Below, piece after piece: positions 1-13,650 of a stretch of DNA of 64,000 bases. Source of the stretch: Octopus sinensis (taxonomy: Eukaryota). The first letter of the stretch is position 1. Each line of letters starts with the position of its first letter. Location: NCBI RefSeq assembly GCF_006345805.1, contig NC_042997.1, positions 67,952,001 through 68,016,000 of the forward strand. Reading direction: 5' to 3'. A model generated the notes under the pieces. That model worked only from the letters and a program-made list of their open reading frames with translations. It was not told the DNA's origin and did no database searches. A program made the translations under genes and the position numbers.

Positions 1-929
1 ACCTAAGTTACTTATGTGAACAGTTTGCTCAGTTATGTAAACTGTTTATATACTCTTGTAAACCTTTATTTGGTATATGGTTTTAAAAGCATCATTTGAT
101 TTAACTGAAAAGAAGCAATCGGCAAACCAACCAGAAATAGCAGCCAAATCTTCCTAGAATCACATACAAACGTGTCAGAAAGGAAGACACATTCAATAAC
201 ATTTTCATAGATAAGTTATGCACTCAATATTTCTCAGTTTACACTATACCGTCTTAAAATAGAAAGAACTCATTAAATAATATATAGAACTTAGTGAGTA
301 GGTTTACCGTGAGAAGTGAAGAATGTAACGTTTCGTCCATTTGTCCTTTGTTGAATGAAATGAAAAAAAAAAAGGATAGCAGTTTCAGTGCATAGTAAAA
401 ATTAAACGCCACAGTGAGTTAGTTTGAATGGTTAAAGGAAGATAAAGATTAATAGCAGATATTATGTACAAAGGAAAAGAATCATGGTCAAGTGCACACA
501 AACAGTGGCATAAACGCATATGCAAAGATGCTATGGAGAATTAGGAGAAAGGTTGGTAGCGTGAGCTTGAATGTAGAACTGAAGAATGACAAAAGAGAGG
601 GTCTAAAATTAAATAATGCAATTTGTACCGGAGGTGAGGGTGATAGATACTTTGTGAGGATAGGGCTTATATATCTGTTACAGTCGTATACACATTATAT
701 ATAGATAACTGCATACAGTATATATATTGTTATACCTCATTTATTGTTATTGATTCTTTAGAAGTGCAGCTTTAAGTAAAAGAACATAAAGCAAAACCAG
801 TTTTATCATAGGCTCAGTGATTTGATTACGGTTTACGTCCCTATATTCTTAGAAATATTCAAAACAATTCTAATATTAAACATGAAAGTATATATGTGCT
901 AAACAAACCTACACTGAAGTGGTTTGGAA

Positions 930-2300
930 TTAATTCTCATGTTTATCGTCTTTAGAACAGTGCGGTTCCAGGTCCATGAAAACTTCAGATATTTCTTCAC
1001 TACGTGTTTCAAATAACTCCACGACATTATCTTAGTTTATTTAATGAAAGTCAGCCTTGCACGCCAACCTTAGGGAACATCTTGCAACCCACTATCAGCC
1101 CAATGCAGTTTGAATAGATTTTACTCCAAACAAAATTGTTTCGCTTTTTCTTTTCATTTCTCGCATGTCCCTGTCAAATTTTCAATAGCATTCACGTTGT
1201 GTTTATAATAATCCTCCAGTCGATAGATTGAACCAAGCTGGTTGTGTTTGAAAGCAGAATGGCTTAAACATTATCTGTCCTTTCATCCAAGTTAGTTGGG
1301 TGACTTGGAGCACTGTCCGCAAAAACAAGGCTTTATTTTGAAGGTTCTTAGTCAGGCAATACTTTTTGACTGCTGGAAACACAAAGTAAACCAATATTGG
1401 AATATTGGTCTGATGGTTCACTTCACTATTTCTTTTATTTAATCGTTACTTAACAGGAAGATGAGATTTAGAGTAGCCTTCCATAGTTACTGGGCTATAA
1501 AACTGATAAAAAAACCCAAACAAGTGGCTTGAGTTTTAAACTCCTTGAGGTATTAACACCGTGAAAGAAAGCCATAAGATCTGTAGCTGCTTTGAAGCCG
1601 GGTGAAGCGTTTTTGCTTCAGAAACGCAAGTTCATTTTGATATTCGTTTCCAAAACGAATATTTTCGGTAAAAACTTTTGTGTGCTGTGTATCCTTCTGT
1701 AAAGGACACACAGCTGGAAATACCGTTACACAAAGCTGGAAATACCGTTGCAACTTCTTGGTCGGTCGTTACATGGTCATCTGAAATTCGTATCTTCTAC
1801 AAGTCACCTGGAATATGTATCTTCTAAAGTTATAAACAATTTAGGAAAGACTCAAGTTACAACAAAGTTTTACTTTCAGCAGTAGAACTCTTTGTTTTTA
1901 GACCGTCAAATAAACAGAAAACTTCCATTTGTATATGTAGCGATGATGGAATGTTACCCTGGAGCATGTCTTCCATCCTTGCTTAAAAGTCTTTTTGTAT
2001 TTTCCACTATACTGGTTCTATTCCTAGTTAATTTTGCAGTAAAGTTAATTTTGTAGAATGATGTTATGTTTTGAGCATAAACTTTAACTACTCCAGAATT
2101 TCAGTGAATTATTCGTACAGTTTGCTGGATGCAGAACGAGAGCTCTTCTAATGAATAATATATATAGTTCAATGTACATCATCAACTCTCTGTAAGACTT
2201 CTGTGGTAGTTTTTAATGCTAGACATTTTCTGTTTTATGTTTTAACTGGCTGTTGTGCTGCACTGTGCACGCTTAGTCGAATTTTCAACAGAGATAAATC
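930..2300 (-). mobile_element. Degenerate Tigger/pogo DNA transposon (CENP-B HTH + DDE_1 transposase pseudogene)
   Basis: Manual minus-strand translation across frameshifts gives LTRNRTSIVENTKRLL (HTH region), SPGFKAATDLM..NTSRSLKLKPLV, FPAVKKYCLTKNLQNKAL..DSAPSHP and SNTTSLVQSID. These match Tigger motifs PGFKAAKDRLT..KLKPL, DNAPSHP and PNTTSLIQPMD. Confidence 0.85.
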
Positions 2301-2949
2301 AAGGAATAAATTTTTACGATGTGAAACTTGTAGTAGCACTTACCCCCAACATTTCAAAAGAAAAAGAAAAAACTGTCCTCCAAAAACAAACGAAACACGA
2401 GAAGCAAAACAAAAACAAACGTTAACAAAATTTGGTTTGTTTTTCAACTGGCAGGCAACGTAACAGTTTGCCGTCCAGTTGCTTTGTGTGAAATTGTACA
2501 CTTTCCTTTGCAACATTTATTCATTTATTTGTTCTACTTTATTGTAATTATCATTTAATGTCATAACTAAAGTAAGAGGCATCCTGTTAGAAACACTTTT
2601 TGCGCTCAGCCCGTCAAAGGATGCAGAGTTACATATGAACAGTTTGAGTGGGTTAATAAAAATGAAATACATCTTGCTTTAGAAGTGTTTTAATTTGCAT
2701 CTGATAAGTACAATTTCGTCCTTTAATTTACTTTGCATTGGTTATTGTATATTATAAGTACTGTCTTACCATGAAGTAGATAGTAGAAACATATTATATC
2801 TTAGGGGGACGATCGTAAAACAACAGAATTTTTTCATACATTCTAGTGAATTGGAAAATATAAAAATATAAAAGCTTACTAAAGAACGAAAAGGAAAAGA
2901 AAATAAAAAAAAAACAATCAGTATTAGGGATGCACACTTTACGAATTTT

Positions 2950-3600
2950 TATTTTGAAGTATGCGTCGAGGTGGCGAACAGGTATAATCGGGCAAAGTGC
3001 GGTAATACAGCTGATGGCTTGGGGCTGGTGGAGGGCAGCGTGAGTAAGTAATGCATTTGTTTCGACATGGAAACAATCGGAGTTGCTACTGCAGAGAAAT
3101 TGAGGGAAAAGGTGGCAAGTTCGGCGTGTGGGATGTAAGGAAGAAAAGTTGAAGTAGGAATGAGAGTTTGTAGATTCGCAGCAGGCCAAGGTGGAGAACT
3201 GCTTGGTTTAGATGGAGGCAAAGAGTCTAGGATGTGGATGAAGGTGTTAAAAGTAGGGGGATGTTAATTCCTGTGTGAGGTGTAAAATATTGATAAAGGA
3301 TATAAAAAAGATGAGTTGATCTCTAATTAGTGAGGTGTTACTAACTTTACCATCGTTGTAAGGGCTGTATAGACAGGTTTACCTAGTAAATTGAAAGAAA
3401 CTTTGGGCCTTAATGTGGCCTACAAAAAGCTGATGCAATTGTGTACTATTTTAGTACTCAAGGCAACTCCACTTGAGTGTGGGTAGAAATCAATCGAGGA
3501 GGAGAAGGAAGAGCATTTTAAACGAGGACAAGTTCAGCAAGGCAGAGTGGTTTAGAGAAGAGAGTTCAAGGGCACGTATTTGGAAATTCTACATGGTCGC
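2950..3600 (-). mobile_element. Highly degenerate Penelope-like reverse transcriptase fragment
   Basis: Minus-strand fragments LAELVLV*NA, SGVA..TK, FFVGHIKAQ and ESTNSHSYFNFSSLHP resemble PLE RT motifs (GVAMGTKMGP..LFVG, YKPTDSHSYL..SSSHP). Confidence 0.6.
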
Positions 3601-4276
3601 CCAACTCAGTAGAAATAATAGTCAAATCTCCTAAAATTACAACTTAGCATCTTAGAAAGAAATGAAGTATTCCAAGATGTATAAAAAGAAACAGGCACAT
3701 CTGGAACACCTTTCATCAGCTGCTCTATTGGAGTTGATCTGGGGTCAAACAACACTCCGTACTCCATGAACCAAAGAATATTCATCTTTTTATATTAACA
3801 GCACTTTGCTTCTCTCTGTCTCTCCCTCGTTCTTTATCATACTCATGAACACACACGCACTCGTATGTGTTTAGCGCACAGACTAAGCTCACTACAAGCT
3901 AGATTAACAAAAGAAAAATGTTCCAAGTACACGAATGTACACCTTATTAATACAAGGACTCGCAACATCTCACAACACAGACTCCCATAGATGCATGCAC
4001 GCGAATAGAACTAATAGGTCTGCGTATACAATGTTAAAGCCTGTAAACGAAAACACATGTAGTACAATCTAAATAAGCATATTGAAATATAATTATAATT
4101 CTTTAAGAGATTACACGGAAAACATTTCTGGGATTGTAATTAACTTGATATTTTTACAATCATAATATATGTACGTATGTATTGCAAAATGCAATAACAG
4201 ATGCGATTGTAACTTTCTGACCGATTATATGCCAAAACCAGGAATATACTACTTGACAATATAAAAGTATAATTGC

Positions 4277-7080
4277 TCAAATTCTATTTTCCTCTAGTAC
4301 TAGGCGCGTGGCCTTGGTGATGAAGTCAGTCTTGAAGCATTCATTTATCCGTTCTCTATGTTTCTCTACCCAGTGTTTGATTGCTTCTAGGCCTAAAGTG
4401 TGAAGTATATTAGTATAGAGATCGGTGACATCAAAACTTGCGAGTATAGTACCTTCTGCGACAGAGGGAAGGATGTGTTGGATGAAGTATATGCCATCCC
4501 GTACATAGCTGGGTATTAAAGGGTACAAGCTTGAGGTCCAGCAACGATTGGTCTTAGTTTGAGGTCAGCAGGCCTTAGTATATATATACGTACTGGTTCT
4601 TCTGCCTATTTATGGCACTTTGAATTTCGGAGCTTTTGTAGATTTGGGGTAATCCGTAGAAATTGTTCTCTTTGATTACCAAGTTGCATATATAATATTT
4701 CTCCTTGTTTGTGAAGGAATCTTGGAATTCATTGATTAGTCTTCTGATTTTATTCATTATTGTTTTTCCCGAATGTCTTGGTTTTTCCTTGTAGTAGAAT
4801 TGGAAATGTTGTTAACATTTCCAATATTTTATCTTTATAATAGTCCTTTTCCATGATTACTATCGCCCCTCCCTTATCGGCTTCTTTTAGGAAGATTGGG
4901 TTGTCAGTTTTCAGTGTTTGTAAGGCCTCCTTTTCTTCTTCACGAAGGTTTTGTTTGCATATATGGGTATTTAGGTGAAATTTAGAAATTCGTGTCTATA
5001 TACGCGTCTAAATATTTGTCCTTTCCCTTGTAGGGGCTGAAACGGGATTTATTTCTGACTATTGATTCATCATTTAAATCCTTATTGTTGAAGAATTCTA
5101 TAATTCGAAGGTGCCGGTTGAAATGTTCAATATCAGATTTCAGTTCAATGAGATTAGGGGTGGATGTCGGGGTAAACTTGAAACCTTTTAATATGAGGTT
5201 GATCTTATTCTTGTTGAGGTTCCTATTTGACAAATTTATGATCTTCGGGTCTATATCTTATGTGTGTTTAGTTAAATTTTGTGTATTATCGGATCCGGTG
5301 CGTGGTTTTGGTATTTTCTTCCTAAAACAGGAATTCTGTTACCACGTCTCCGTTTTCTGATCTCGGCGTTCTGGTTTCCATGTGGGTGAGAGGATGGTTC
5401 ATGTCTTTTATACGAATTCCGTTGGTTATAAGTTTTCTTTTCTTCTCATCTTACATGCTTTTTTCGCCATTCAGGGTAAATGGGATTTTTGGTCGTAAAT
5501 CGTGGTTTGCTTGAGTTATGATGATTATTATTCCTATTATAGTACCTGTGCTGTCTATATTTTATTTGTTTTTTCTTCCCATGTATTCATCCATCTGGGA
5601 TACATGTTATTACGGGTTGGTGGTTGTTTGTATGTTATTTGTATTTCATGTCCTTTTTCCTTTGTATGTGTTTGGACTTATGGGTTGATGGTTGTCTTCT
5701 ATTATTGTTCTATTATTGTTCTATATTCAAAGCCACAGTCGAACCAATCCTACTATATGGCTCAGAAACCTGGACGTTATCAAAGAAGCTTGAGAGGCGG
5801 TTGGATGGAACCTACACTCGCCTCCTTATGAGAGCTCAAAATCTCTCGTGGAGGCGCCATCCAACTAAAATGCAAATATATGGGAAATTACCACCTGTGT
5901 CATCTCTTGTGAAAGGTAGGAGAGTCCAGTTTGCTGGACATTGTTGTAGAGCTGAAAAAGAAGTAATTTCTACTCTTCTCCTCTGGAAGCCATCTACTCG
6001 CAACACCAGAGGGCGCACACTCTCCTACCCTGATGTAATCTCCAGGGATACAGGCATCCAGCAACAGGACCTCCGTAATGCTATGATGGACCGTGAAGTC
6101 TGGCGCAACATGGTAAATTCCATTGTCTCGACCACGGTCGAACAATGATGATGATGTCTTCTATATTTCATTTGTTGGTTATTTGCAATGTTATGTATTG
6201 TAGAATATGGGTTTCTAGTCTGTACTTGGGGTGAGATGGAGGTCATTTCCGCGTATGTTCTTGGGTAACTAGAGGTTTGATACCTCAGTTCGGTTCCTCT
6301 GGGGTTAGTGTCTAAGTTTGTTTTCGATTTCCTCGTATTTCTTTGTTGTTGTGGTTTCGTTTTCATAATGGATTTGTCTCCATAGTTTTTTTCATAGTTA
6401 GTGAACCACTCTTGTTTTTCCCACATTTTTATGGATTTTTCTTCTTCCCGCTTTGTATCTTCTTTTCATTTTTTTGCAGTTCTTCATGACATTGATTATC
6501 GCTCGCTCAGCAATTTCAGCAAACATAATTGCGTCAATATTTTTCACTTTATCTTCGTGTCTTGTTTTTCGCAATTATAGTAGAGTGATTTCTGTTTCCA
6601 GTCGGCATAGAGCTAAATTCGCACGTATCCTTGTCTCTTCCAGTGATTCATTTCTTATTTCTTTAATAAGAAATTTTCTGGGCAGGGTTGGGCTTTCTTT
6701 ACTTCGCCAATTCTGACAGGCGTTTGCTGTATTGTTGCATCGAATGCTCTTCCAATATGCATGTTTCCTTTGATTCAAGAGTTTCTTCTAGAGATATGGT
6801 TTAAAGGTATTATGTTGTTGTACTTTCAGAGAGGTAGTTTCAAGTGAGTTTGTTCTTACTACTTTCTTATTGTTTGTCTCTGTTGTTGGAGCACCTTCTG
6901 TATGGGTACCATTCACAGTTCTATCTGTATTCGTGAAATACTGTATTCTTGAAATAAGTAAATTTAACTTATATATTTCTGTGAGAAGTTATGTAGTTTT
7001 GGCGTTTCTCGGCTGCGAGTTTGATTGTGTTCCATTCATTCTGGCATCTTGTACATCTAAGGAGATATGTATAGAGTGTT
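4277..7080 (-). mobile_element. Penelope-like element, 5' portion (long N-terminal region + start of RT), interrupted by an RTE insertion
   Basis: ORF pieces NLILKGFKFTPT, KEADKG, NFYGLPQIYKS, LRPIVAGP and ILASFDVTDLYTNI are PLE N-terminal/RT motifs. The upstream T/N/K-rich frames at 5400-7080 are inferred to be the same element. Confidence 0.8.
5728..6158 (+). mobile_element. 5'-truncated RTE-type LINE 3' end
   Basis: ORF 5624..6148 carries ATVEPILLYGSETWTL..RLDGTYTRLL..FAGHC..AMMDREVWR, followed by a (TGA)n tail. A candidate 9-bp TSD TTCTATATT lies at 5719-5727 and 6159-6167. Confidence 0.9.
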
Positions 7081-8839
7081 AGGTGTGATGTACAGAATTG
7101 AATATTGAGGAAAAAAAGTCGTCAGAATTTTGGAAAAAAAAATCCTTTTATTTCTTCATTATTATTAGCCCTTTCGTTCCTTTCTAGAATTTGTCAAATA
7201 TAATTTTGTGGATGTACAAACAACTTGTTAATTTATATAAAACAAATGTTTTTTTGGATTTTGTTCAGAAGAGAACGTTGTTGTTTTTTGTGAGGTTCCA
7301 AGACAATGGAGATGGATAGATAGAAATATAGGTAGGTAGATAGGCTGATAGATAGATAGATAGATAAATATATAGATATATAGATAGATAAATGGTTAGA
7401 TAGATAGATAGTCAGACAGATAGACAGATGGGTAGAGGAACAGAGAGAGAGAAGGATTATCCACCTTCCTATTCACCATTCACTCATTTATTTATTTTTC
7501 CTTTACTATTGTATTGGAATGAGTTTAAGGATGGTGACCACCTAAATAAATTATAAAAAAACAGGTGTGGTTTGGTCATCACTGAAACTTTATTTGCTTT
7601 CTTTCGATCTCTCTTTTTTCCCTTTCTTCTTTCCTTTTTCCTTCCTTTTTCATCCTTTCTTTCTTTTTCTCCTCTTTGAGAATCCATTCTAAACGTTCGA
7701 ACACTATAAGGACACCATAATTTATCCGTCGGGTTCAAAACATTGATGATGATACTGGAAAATCAATGAGGACCATTGCCAAAGAACTTTTAGGATTGTT
7801 CCATCAGCTATCAATACATGGAATTTTCTTCTTTTCAAACCCCTGAACGTATAAAAGTATTTTAAAAGTATGAGGTTCCATTTGCTAATCACATTGTTGT
7901 TGTTGTTGTTGTTGTTGTTGGTGGTGGTTAGTCAAGAGGTCGCTGTCCAAGGATATTCAAGTTTTAAAGTTCCTAATTGTCGCGCATTGATTTTCGCCGT
8001 TCTGAGCTACCACACAAAATGAGAACAATGTTCAGGGGATTAAAAAAATATTTACAGTAGTTTTGAATGCTGTATCTTTACATATCTATACTCACCATCA
8101 GATGTATTTTCAGAATATATATATATAGCTTTAGCTTAGTGGTAAACCTTACTATCCTGGTTCAAAAATTGTGAAAAAAAGACCGCACCTAATTTTCAAA
8201 CTTTTTCACCTTATCCCCTTTTTGATAACCGTTGCACAAGAAAAAAGGCTTTTGAGTAAGTGAATTCTTGTGTTCTGTTAAGGTTTTAGACCTTATTGTA
8301 AGATTAGAGAAGACGGGACGCTCAACAACTGTTGTTATTAAGTAATAGCTGCATAAATTTGATTGTTTTAAAAATAGACATGAATTTTTTGCAATTTTTC
8401 AATTTGTATTTTTTCTACATTGACTGAGTTAAAAGAATTGATCGTTAGGAACTTGAGAGGGTGGGATTTAAAGAAACAGAATTTCCAAAGTATTGTATCA
8501 AATCTATTTGGAATGATGTGCCTCTAAAAATGAAAGAAATTAAATATTTCGAAAATTTCGGAAATTGTCTAGAAATTTAAGTGATCATAAAATCTAATTG
8601 GTAACAAATATAGAGCTGAAATTTTCAGAAATTACTCCTCTCACCGATACTGACAAATGAGATAAAGTTGAACAAAATCTTCTCGACTGATCCTTATTGA
8701 ATTTTAATGACGTGATCCAAGTGTACATATCTGCATGCGCGCGCGCGTACATGCAACCATTTATATATGCGAGCTCGATTACATATAATAAATGTTTCTC
8801 CATTCACATTTCGTGAATCTAACTTCGACCAAGTAGGAT

Positions 8840-9460
8840 TGATGTCATTAGACGATGTCCAACAATCATTGGGTGGTCACACCCTGAACCATAACATTCT
8901 CACACTTGTGGGTGGATAATGGTAGCCAAATCATTTGTTCATCTTCTGCTCTCCTCTGTCTTGTTCCATAACCCTTAAGAAACTCTTTCTACTGCCTACG
9001 ACATCTTAGACACAGCTGCCTTACTCTCTCCTCCTCTTAATCCGTTGGCTGTAAAAGTTCTCCCTACCGGCTGGGCAGCAAAATCCTCTGCAGCTAAACT
9101 CAACTGAGAAAAGCCTACCAGCCCTTCTTCCTGCAATCCTATAAAAGATTCTGGTATTTTGCGCTTTTTCCTTTAAAATATTAATCACGCACTTTTTCCA
9201 ATGAAACTGTAAGCTCCATAAGTATTATCTTCTGTGTCTCACCAAACCACAAAACAACATAATACCTCAGGGCTGTCTGGACGACCTGCAGAAATTGCAG
9301 CTTTCTTCGTAGGTTTATATTCATAATCCATTATTGGGCATGTAGTAGTAATCTGGTTTTTCCTTCTGCTGTAGTCAATGACTTTTTTACATCCCTCACA
9401 AACATGACTGATGGTGATGTTTTCCATTGTTCTTAAGGGTTCTTGTGTTTCTCATGTTCA
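8840..9460 (-). mobile_element. HERO-type (R2 superfamily, restriction-like endonuclease) non-LTR retrotransposon 3' fragment
   Basis: Minus-strand translation LQFLQVVQTALR..VVLW..TQKIILMELTVSLE..KSAKYQNLL*DCRKKGW..VEFSCRGF..AVER..GLW matches the HERO C-terminal pattern (RPDIVLWS..IELTVPWE..K..KY..VEVGCRGF). Confidence 0.75.
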
Positions 9461-10677
9461 AGAGTATGAGCGAAAGTTAAGTTTGAAAATGGGCGAGATG
9501 TTATAGTGTCATATAACGAAAAACAACAAAAGTCACTGTTTACACTTTGTCACCTAACTCTCTTTTCGCTCTGGTCCGCTGCACCAAATTGTAATTAAGC
9601 AAAATACGGAACAAGTTAGGGATATTCAAAGAGATTCTGAGATTTAATACCGTCATTAACTGGCGTTAAGTTTGCCTGCAAATCATTTAGAGTAAAACGG
9701 CACCCCCCCCCCCCAAAAAAAAAAACAAAAAAACAAACGAGACCAGCAACATTACATAAAAAATGAAGAAAAGACGGAAGTTTCTACGTAATCGCTGGCT
9801 TTCCTAAAATTAACAGCCGAATTTTCTCTACAAGACAGCCTATTATGTCAGGAAATATATAAGGACATACTTAGTTAGAGCACTGCATCAGTATTAATAT
9901 CAGTTCATTCTGTTCAGATTGGGCTGCGAGTTGACATACTCCGTTTCAGCTGGCGGCGGTTGTGATTTTGGCGTCTCTCATGTACTTCTACTTGGTTAGA
10001 TTAGTAACAATTTATACGTGTGTGTGAGTGTGTGTGTGTGTGTGTGTGTGATTCTGGTGTTTCATGCCGGGTATGAATATTCATGATCATTGAATACATT
10101 TTAAAGAGAGTCAGCACAATAGCACTTAGCGAAACTATCACAGAAAACGACTGAATTTTGCAGGTCACATACTCTGGTTTCCAGAGCGAAGCAAATGTAA
10201 AAGTGCGTGATTACGCTGTTAATAATCGGTAGGCTTTTGGACACCAGTCTGCTCAAACAGAGCTAAACAGGGGCTAAATAACATCAACAACAGAAACATA
10301 GTCGATAATAAAAACAAAAACGTCATCATCAACAGACAACAGCTACGATAGAAGCTATATAATTATGACGTGCATGAAACGTGAAGCCATACTGTATTTG
10401 AATTGAAAATTTAGATTGCTTTTAGCATTTAAGCTTCTGAAAATAACTTTCTCAATACGACTCAACCCACTATAAAACTACCGCCCCATTGGGGTTAAGT
10501 GACAACATTCAGTTGCATGAAATATTTATTTAAAAACATGTAATGGCGAACAGAAAATTTACGAGATGTGATTTAGAAGCTCAGGTTTCCAATAGCCGAA
10601 TGGAATGGCCTCTGGTATGTATGTATCATTGTGCATGTATGGCAGCATGTATATATATATATATATTATATATATAT

Positions 10678-10754
<77 letters not shown>

Positions 10755-10837
10755 GTGTGTGTGTGTGCGTGTGTGCGCGTGTATTACCAATCCAAACACG
10801 TAGTAGTACAAATGATATAAATGAATATGAATGTGTA

Positions 10838-10876
<39 letters not shown>

Positions 10877-10971
10877 ACACATATTTGCATATAACTGTGT
10901 TCGTATTTATACATGTAAGAATGTGTGCATGAGAACATCTGAAACGCACATAGATCTCTTTAGATCACTCA

Positions 10972-11015
<44 letters not shown>

Positions 11016-11023
11016 TAGATACA

Positions 11024-11897
11024 CAGGGTGCGGTGAATGAATAGTCTAAATTACGCAAAAATGAAAATAATATTGACATCTCATTTTAACAGATATATTT
11101 ATCAAAAATTACATAGAAATATCTTGAAATATTAAAGAGTAAATTTATTCAATAAAATTGCCGTGGGCTTTAACCACGACCTCCAGATGACTTTGGAATC
11201 CCTTGCAACTCTTCTGGACGGCCATCTTGTTTAAGTTGGTGAATGCTTCCATAATCCTTGCCTTCAGTTGTTACAAAGAGTTTTGTTGGTCTCTCGCTCA
11301 ATTGCGCCCCACACATAATAATCAATTGGGTTGCAGTTTGGGGATTTAGGTGGTCAGACGTTAGGGGTGATGTGATCGTAGAAAATATCTGACAGCCATG
11401 ACTAAGTTCTCCTGCTTGTATAGCAAGGTGCAGAGTCCTGTTGCCAGACATAGGATTTTCCAACAGCCATCCACCCCCTAGACCCATGGTAACATTACTT
11501 CCTCCTCCAGGTAGTTGATGTAGGCCTCCGTGTCGAGTATGAGGCCGTTTAGGAACATGAAAGGAGGCTTAACGTCGCGATCACTAGTTATCACTCCAAA
11601 CACGATGATGTTGACACGATGTTTGATTTTTATCATTCTTGGTACATGTCCTCAGATTGCACTATCTTCAGATTGACGCCCGACACTCTGAAATGTTCGT
11701 ATTGGACTTTCCGGCGTGAATGCTAAGCAGTAGTTTTCAAATTTCTGGCAGAGTGAATTGCGTCATGGTGCAGTTTTGTTCCCAGACGGTGCCCAACTGA
11801 CCCTACTATACTGTGTAGACGACAAAATCCAAAACAAACAGTGAGCATACACGAAATTAAAAATATGAAATGACGACAATCTATCCATCACACCTTG
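11024..11897 (-). mobile_element. Internally deleted maT-family (DD37D) Tc1/mariner element
   Basis: Imperfect TIRs CAGGGTGCGGTGAATGAATAGTC / CAAGGTGTGATGGATAGATTGTC. Minus strand reads WQQDSAP-...-PPKSPNCNPIDYYVWG with 37 residues between the last two Asp. Confidence 0.85.
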
Positions 11898-11907
11898 TGT
11901 ATATATA

Positions 11908-11947
<40 letters not shown>

Positions 11948-12092
11948 GCAACAAAGATATCCAGAGGTAATGCATTATCTCTGGATAACCTTATTTTGAT
12001 TATAATCACTCCATTTTGAATTATATGGATGATACAATACTAAATTGTTTAACTTAAGTACCATATTCAACTGAATCTAAATGTTTACTGAA

Positions 12093-12193
<101 letters not shown>

Positions 12194-13342
12194 GGTGAAG
12201 ACTTATGGTGAAACTCTCTGCAATGGGTGTAAGAGACGATCTCTACAACTGGTTGTCACAGTTCTAGAACAGCACTCTTCACCCTATGAGATGACACCTG
12301 GTGTACCACAGGGATCTGTTCTTGGCCCCCTTTTATATATTGCATAAGTCAATGACATAGATTCCAACTTAAAGAATGCCACAATGCTGAAATATGTAGA
12401 TGACATCAAGCTGTACCTCGAAATAAAAAGGTAAGATCCTGTACACTATAGATCTTTATTGCAATCAGACCTGGACACAATGCAGCAGTGGATCATGGAC
12501 TGGCAACTCAAGCTGGCTGTGGACAAATGCACCACCATGCATTTTGTGAGGAAAACCCCAGCGTCTACTTAATCCCTCCATAATACTAATCTCAAAAAGT
12601 CTTCTTCTGAACGTGACCAGGGCATTATTGTCGACAGCGATTTGCGTTGGACAAAACATATTGCTAAAATTGCCAAGAAGGCTGAGGGTGTCTTGGCATC
12701 ACTCACCAAGTCCTTTGTGAGCCGCTCTCCGGCTATCTACCTGCGGCTTTATATAGCTATGGTGCGACCTCACCTGGTCTGGAACCCTTATCTTGCCCAG
12801 GATATTAATCAACTGGAAGCCGTTTAGCAACGTGCAACCAAGAGAATACTCTCCGTCAGGCATTTGCCATATTCTGAACGCCTTACTTCCCTGGGCATGG
12901 ATACATTGAAACTCCGACGTCTGGCAGCTGACTTGGCAGACACCCATAAAATTATTAACCATCTTACAAACAATAGCTCTGAGCACCTTTTCAAACTCCA
13001 TCTGTCTAACACCCGTGGACATGTTTACAAAGTCAGAAAACAGCACAGCTCCCATGACTTTCGGAAACATTTTTTTCACGCTAAGAGTTGCTGAAGTATG
13101 GAACAAACTGCCGCTATCAGTTGTTAGCTGTCGGAGCACTGCATCCTTCAAAACTGCCATGCTTCCTGAGATTCGCCAACACTACACTTGATTTTCTTCT
13201 CTCCATACACACGCAAACATGTATCTGACTCATACGCTGTTCACTTTCCAGACATTTGCACATTACTGCATATGCTTTATATGCACTTTTGACAAGTTGT
13301 GGTGCACCTGAGCACTGTATACAATAATTTCATTATCATTAT
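12194..13342 (+). mobile_element. 5'-truncated CR1-group LINE (RT C-terminal half + 3' UTR)
   Basis: GVPQGSVLGPLL, KYVDDIKLY, MVRPHL..WNPY, QQRATK, NTRGH..K and RVAEVWNKLP motifs, with stops and frameshifts. Ends in a (CATTAT)-type tail. Confidence 0.92.
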
Positions 13343-13650
13343 TGTATGTATGTATGTATGTATGTATGTATGTATGTATGTATGTATGTATGTATGTATG
13401 TATGTATGTATGTGTGTGTGTGTGTGTGTGTATAAACAAAAATAAGAAGACATTAATGATATATGAAACCTTATTTTGCATTAATGTATCGAACATATAT
13501 GTGTATATACATGTATGTGCGCATATGTATCATTGTATAAATACGGATACAGATGTGTAAGTACAGGTATGGATAATGTTTCGTAAGTGACCTTGTTTGT
13601 GTGACTATACGTATATCTTTGTATGCATTCCATGTTTATTTTCTAGTGAG

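Noticed and set aside
3705-3730. Minus-strand CTGATGA near the Penelope RT remnant
   Set aside because: No correctly placed GAAA or stem III.
7680-7800. Short maT-like transposase peptide (HSKRSNTIRTP..DDDTGKSMRTIAKEL)
   Set aside because: Too short and without TIRs to list as an element.
10650-10750. Recurrent TT/AA phase shifts within (TA)n arrays
   Set aside because: Indistinguishable from consensus indel errors or ordinary slippage without reads.
10605-11018. Many YI/VC/HT-rich ORFs here and throughout the window
   Set aside because: They are translations of (TA)n, (TG)n and (TATG)n microsatellites, not genes.
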